Shown: positions 62,987 to 64,000 of the stretch, in pieces
Layout: each line of letters opens with the position of its first letter
Position numbering within the stretch: position 1 is the first letter of the stretch
DNA from: an uncultured delta proteobacterium
GTDB taxonomy: Bacteria; Desulfobacterota; Syntrophobacteria; BM002
Direction of reading: 5' to 3'
DNA: 64,000 nt
NCBI GenBank assembly: GCA_963712115.1
Contig: CAVQGX010000042.1
Location: 64,001 to 128,000 of the forward strand
The notes under the pieces: generated by a model
What the model was told of the DNA's origin: nothing
Database searches by the model: none
The model's input: the letters and a program-made list of their open reading frames with translations, nothing else
Position numbers and translations under genes: made by a program

Positions 62987-63033
62987 CTGCCTCAGTTTAT
63001 CGAGCATCCAGCATCAAATATCCAGTATCGGTT

Positions 63034-64000
63034 TCAACAAATTCGCGGTAGTTGCTCTCCACTAAGCATATCCACAATTCGACGGCCACCGATACCCGTG
63101 TGCAAAACTACCCTCCCTGGATGCTGGGAAACAACCCTCCCTATGATACAGCTATCCCTCCCTAACGGATGCTGTCGCATTTTATGCAAGACCTGGTCTG
63201 CATCCTCTGGTGCCACCACGACAAGCACCTTTCCCTCATTGGCTACGTAGAGAGGATCAAGCCCCAGCATTTCACAGGCTGCGTTCACCTCGGGCCTTAC
63301 CGGCAGACTTGATTCTTCCAACTCTATCCCAACCGCCGACTGGTTTGCCACCTCATTGAGGGCGGTAGCGACCCCACCCCTGGTAGGATCTCGAAGCACG
63401 TGAATATTTCGGCTCACCTCTAGCATATCACTCACCAGCCCGTTGAGAGGGGCTGAATCGCTTTGTATCTCTGTTTGGAAAGAAAGCCCTTCCCTAGTTG
63501 ACAGTACCGCAATGCCATGATCTCCCACTGGCCCATTTACCAAGATAAAATCTCCTGGCTTCGCGTTCTGACCGGCGATATCCACTCCGGGTGCAATTAT
63601 ACCCACCCCGGCGGTATTGATGAAGATTCGATCCGCTTTCCCTCGCTCCACCACCTTGGTGTCGGCTGCCACCACCTGTACGCCAGCCTCCCTGGCTGCT
63701 TCGGCCATGGAGTTTAAGAGTTTTTCCAAATCGGTTATTTCCAAGCCCTCCTCCAGAATGAAACCGACACTGAGATAACAGGGCTGGGCACCGCGCATTG
63801 CTAAATCGTTTACTGTGCCATGCACCGCGAGACTGCCTATATCTCCTCCCGGGAAAAAGATCGGATCCACCACATACGAGTCAGTGCTCATGGCCAAGCG
63901 CATATCTTGGAAATTTAGGAGGGCGCTGTCGTTAAGTTCTTTGAGAATGGGATTAGCTAAGGCGGGCATGAAGGTTTTGGCCACGAGATCATGCGAAGCT
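63034..64000 (-). CDS. hypE: Hydrogenase maturation carbamoyl dehydratase (5' end beyond the window)
   Basis: TDSYVV.P.FFPGGDIG, DPTRGG, ANEG, C-terminal EQLPRIC. Confidence 0.96.
   Translation of the reverse strand, partial: ASHDLVAKTFMPALANPILKELNDSALLNFQDMRLAMSTDSYVVDPIFFPGGDIGSLAVHGTVNDLAMRGAQPCYLSVGFILEEGLEITDLEKLLNSMAEAAREAGVQVVAADTKVVERGKADRIFINTAGVGIIAPGVDIAGQNAKPGDFILVNGPVGDHGIAVLSTREGLSFQTEIQSDSAPLNGLVSDMLEVSRNIHVLRDPTRGGVATALNEVANQSAVGIELEESSLPVRPEVNAACEMLGLDPLYVANEGKVLVVVAPEDADQVLHKMRQHPLGRDSCIIGRVVSQHPGRVVLHTGIGGRRIVDMLSGEQLPRIC

Overview
Mostly core-genome region of an anaerobic Gram-negative bacterium, probably Desulfobacterota/Syntrophobacteria-like (inferred from gene content: futalosine mqnB/mqnD, hypE, ppdK, DUF4388/DUF2333 proteins, TAXI-TRAP, a selenoprotein). 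It has about 52 CDS (leuA, icd, prmA, kdsB-carA-carB-purF-kdsD, queD/queH, ihfA, ppdK, purB, a dnaA paralog, ddl, hypE) and one tRNA-Met. I found no transposase, integrase, phage or CRISPR. The most interesting signals are not in the ORF track: (1) a UGA-recoded selenocysteine CoA-disulfide reductase/NADH oxidase with a SECIS hairpin; (2) a Leu-rich leader peptide attenuator upstream of leuA; (3) a free-standing ~180-nt 6S-like structured RNA; (4) a dense system of intergenic palindromes built from 7-10-bp tandem units, found in most spacers, nested like Russian dolls, copied as multi-module cassettes and overlapping start/stop codons. Three genes have apparent single-base frameshifts, possibly assembly errors. 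All family calls come from motif recognition, not database searches.
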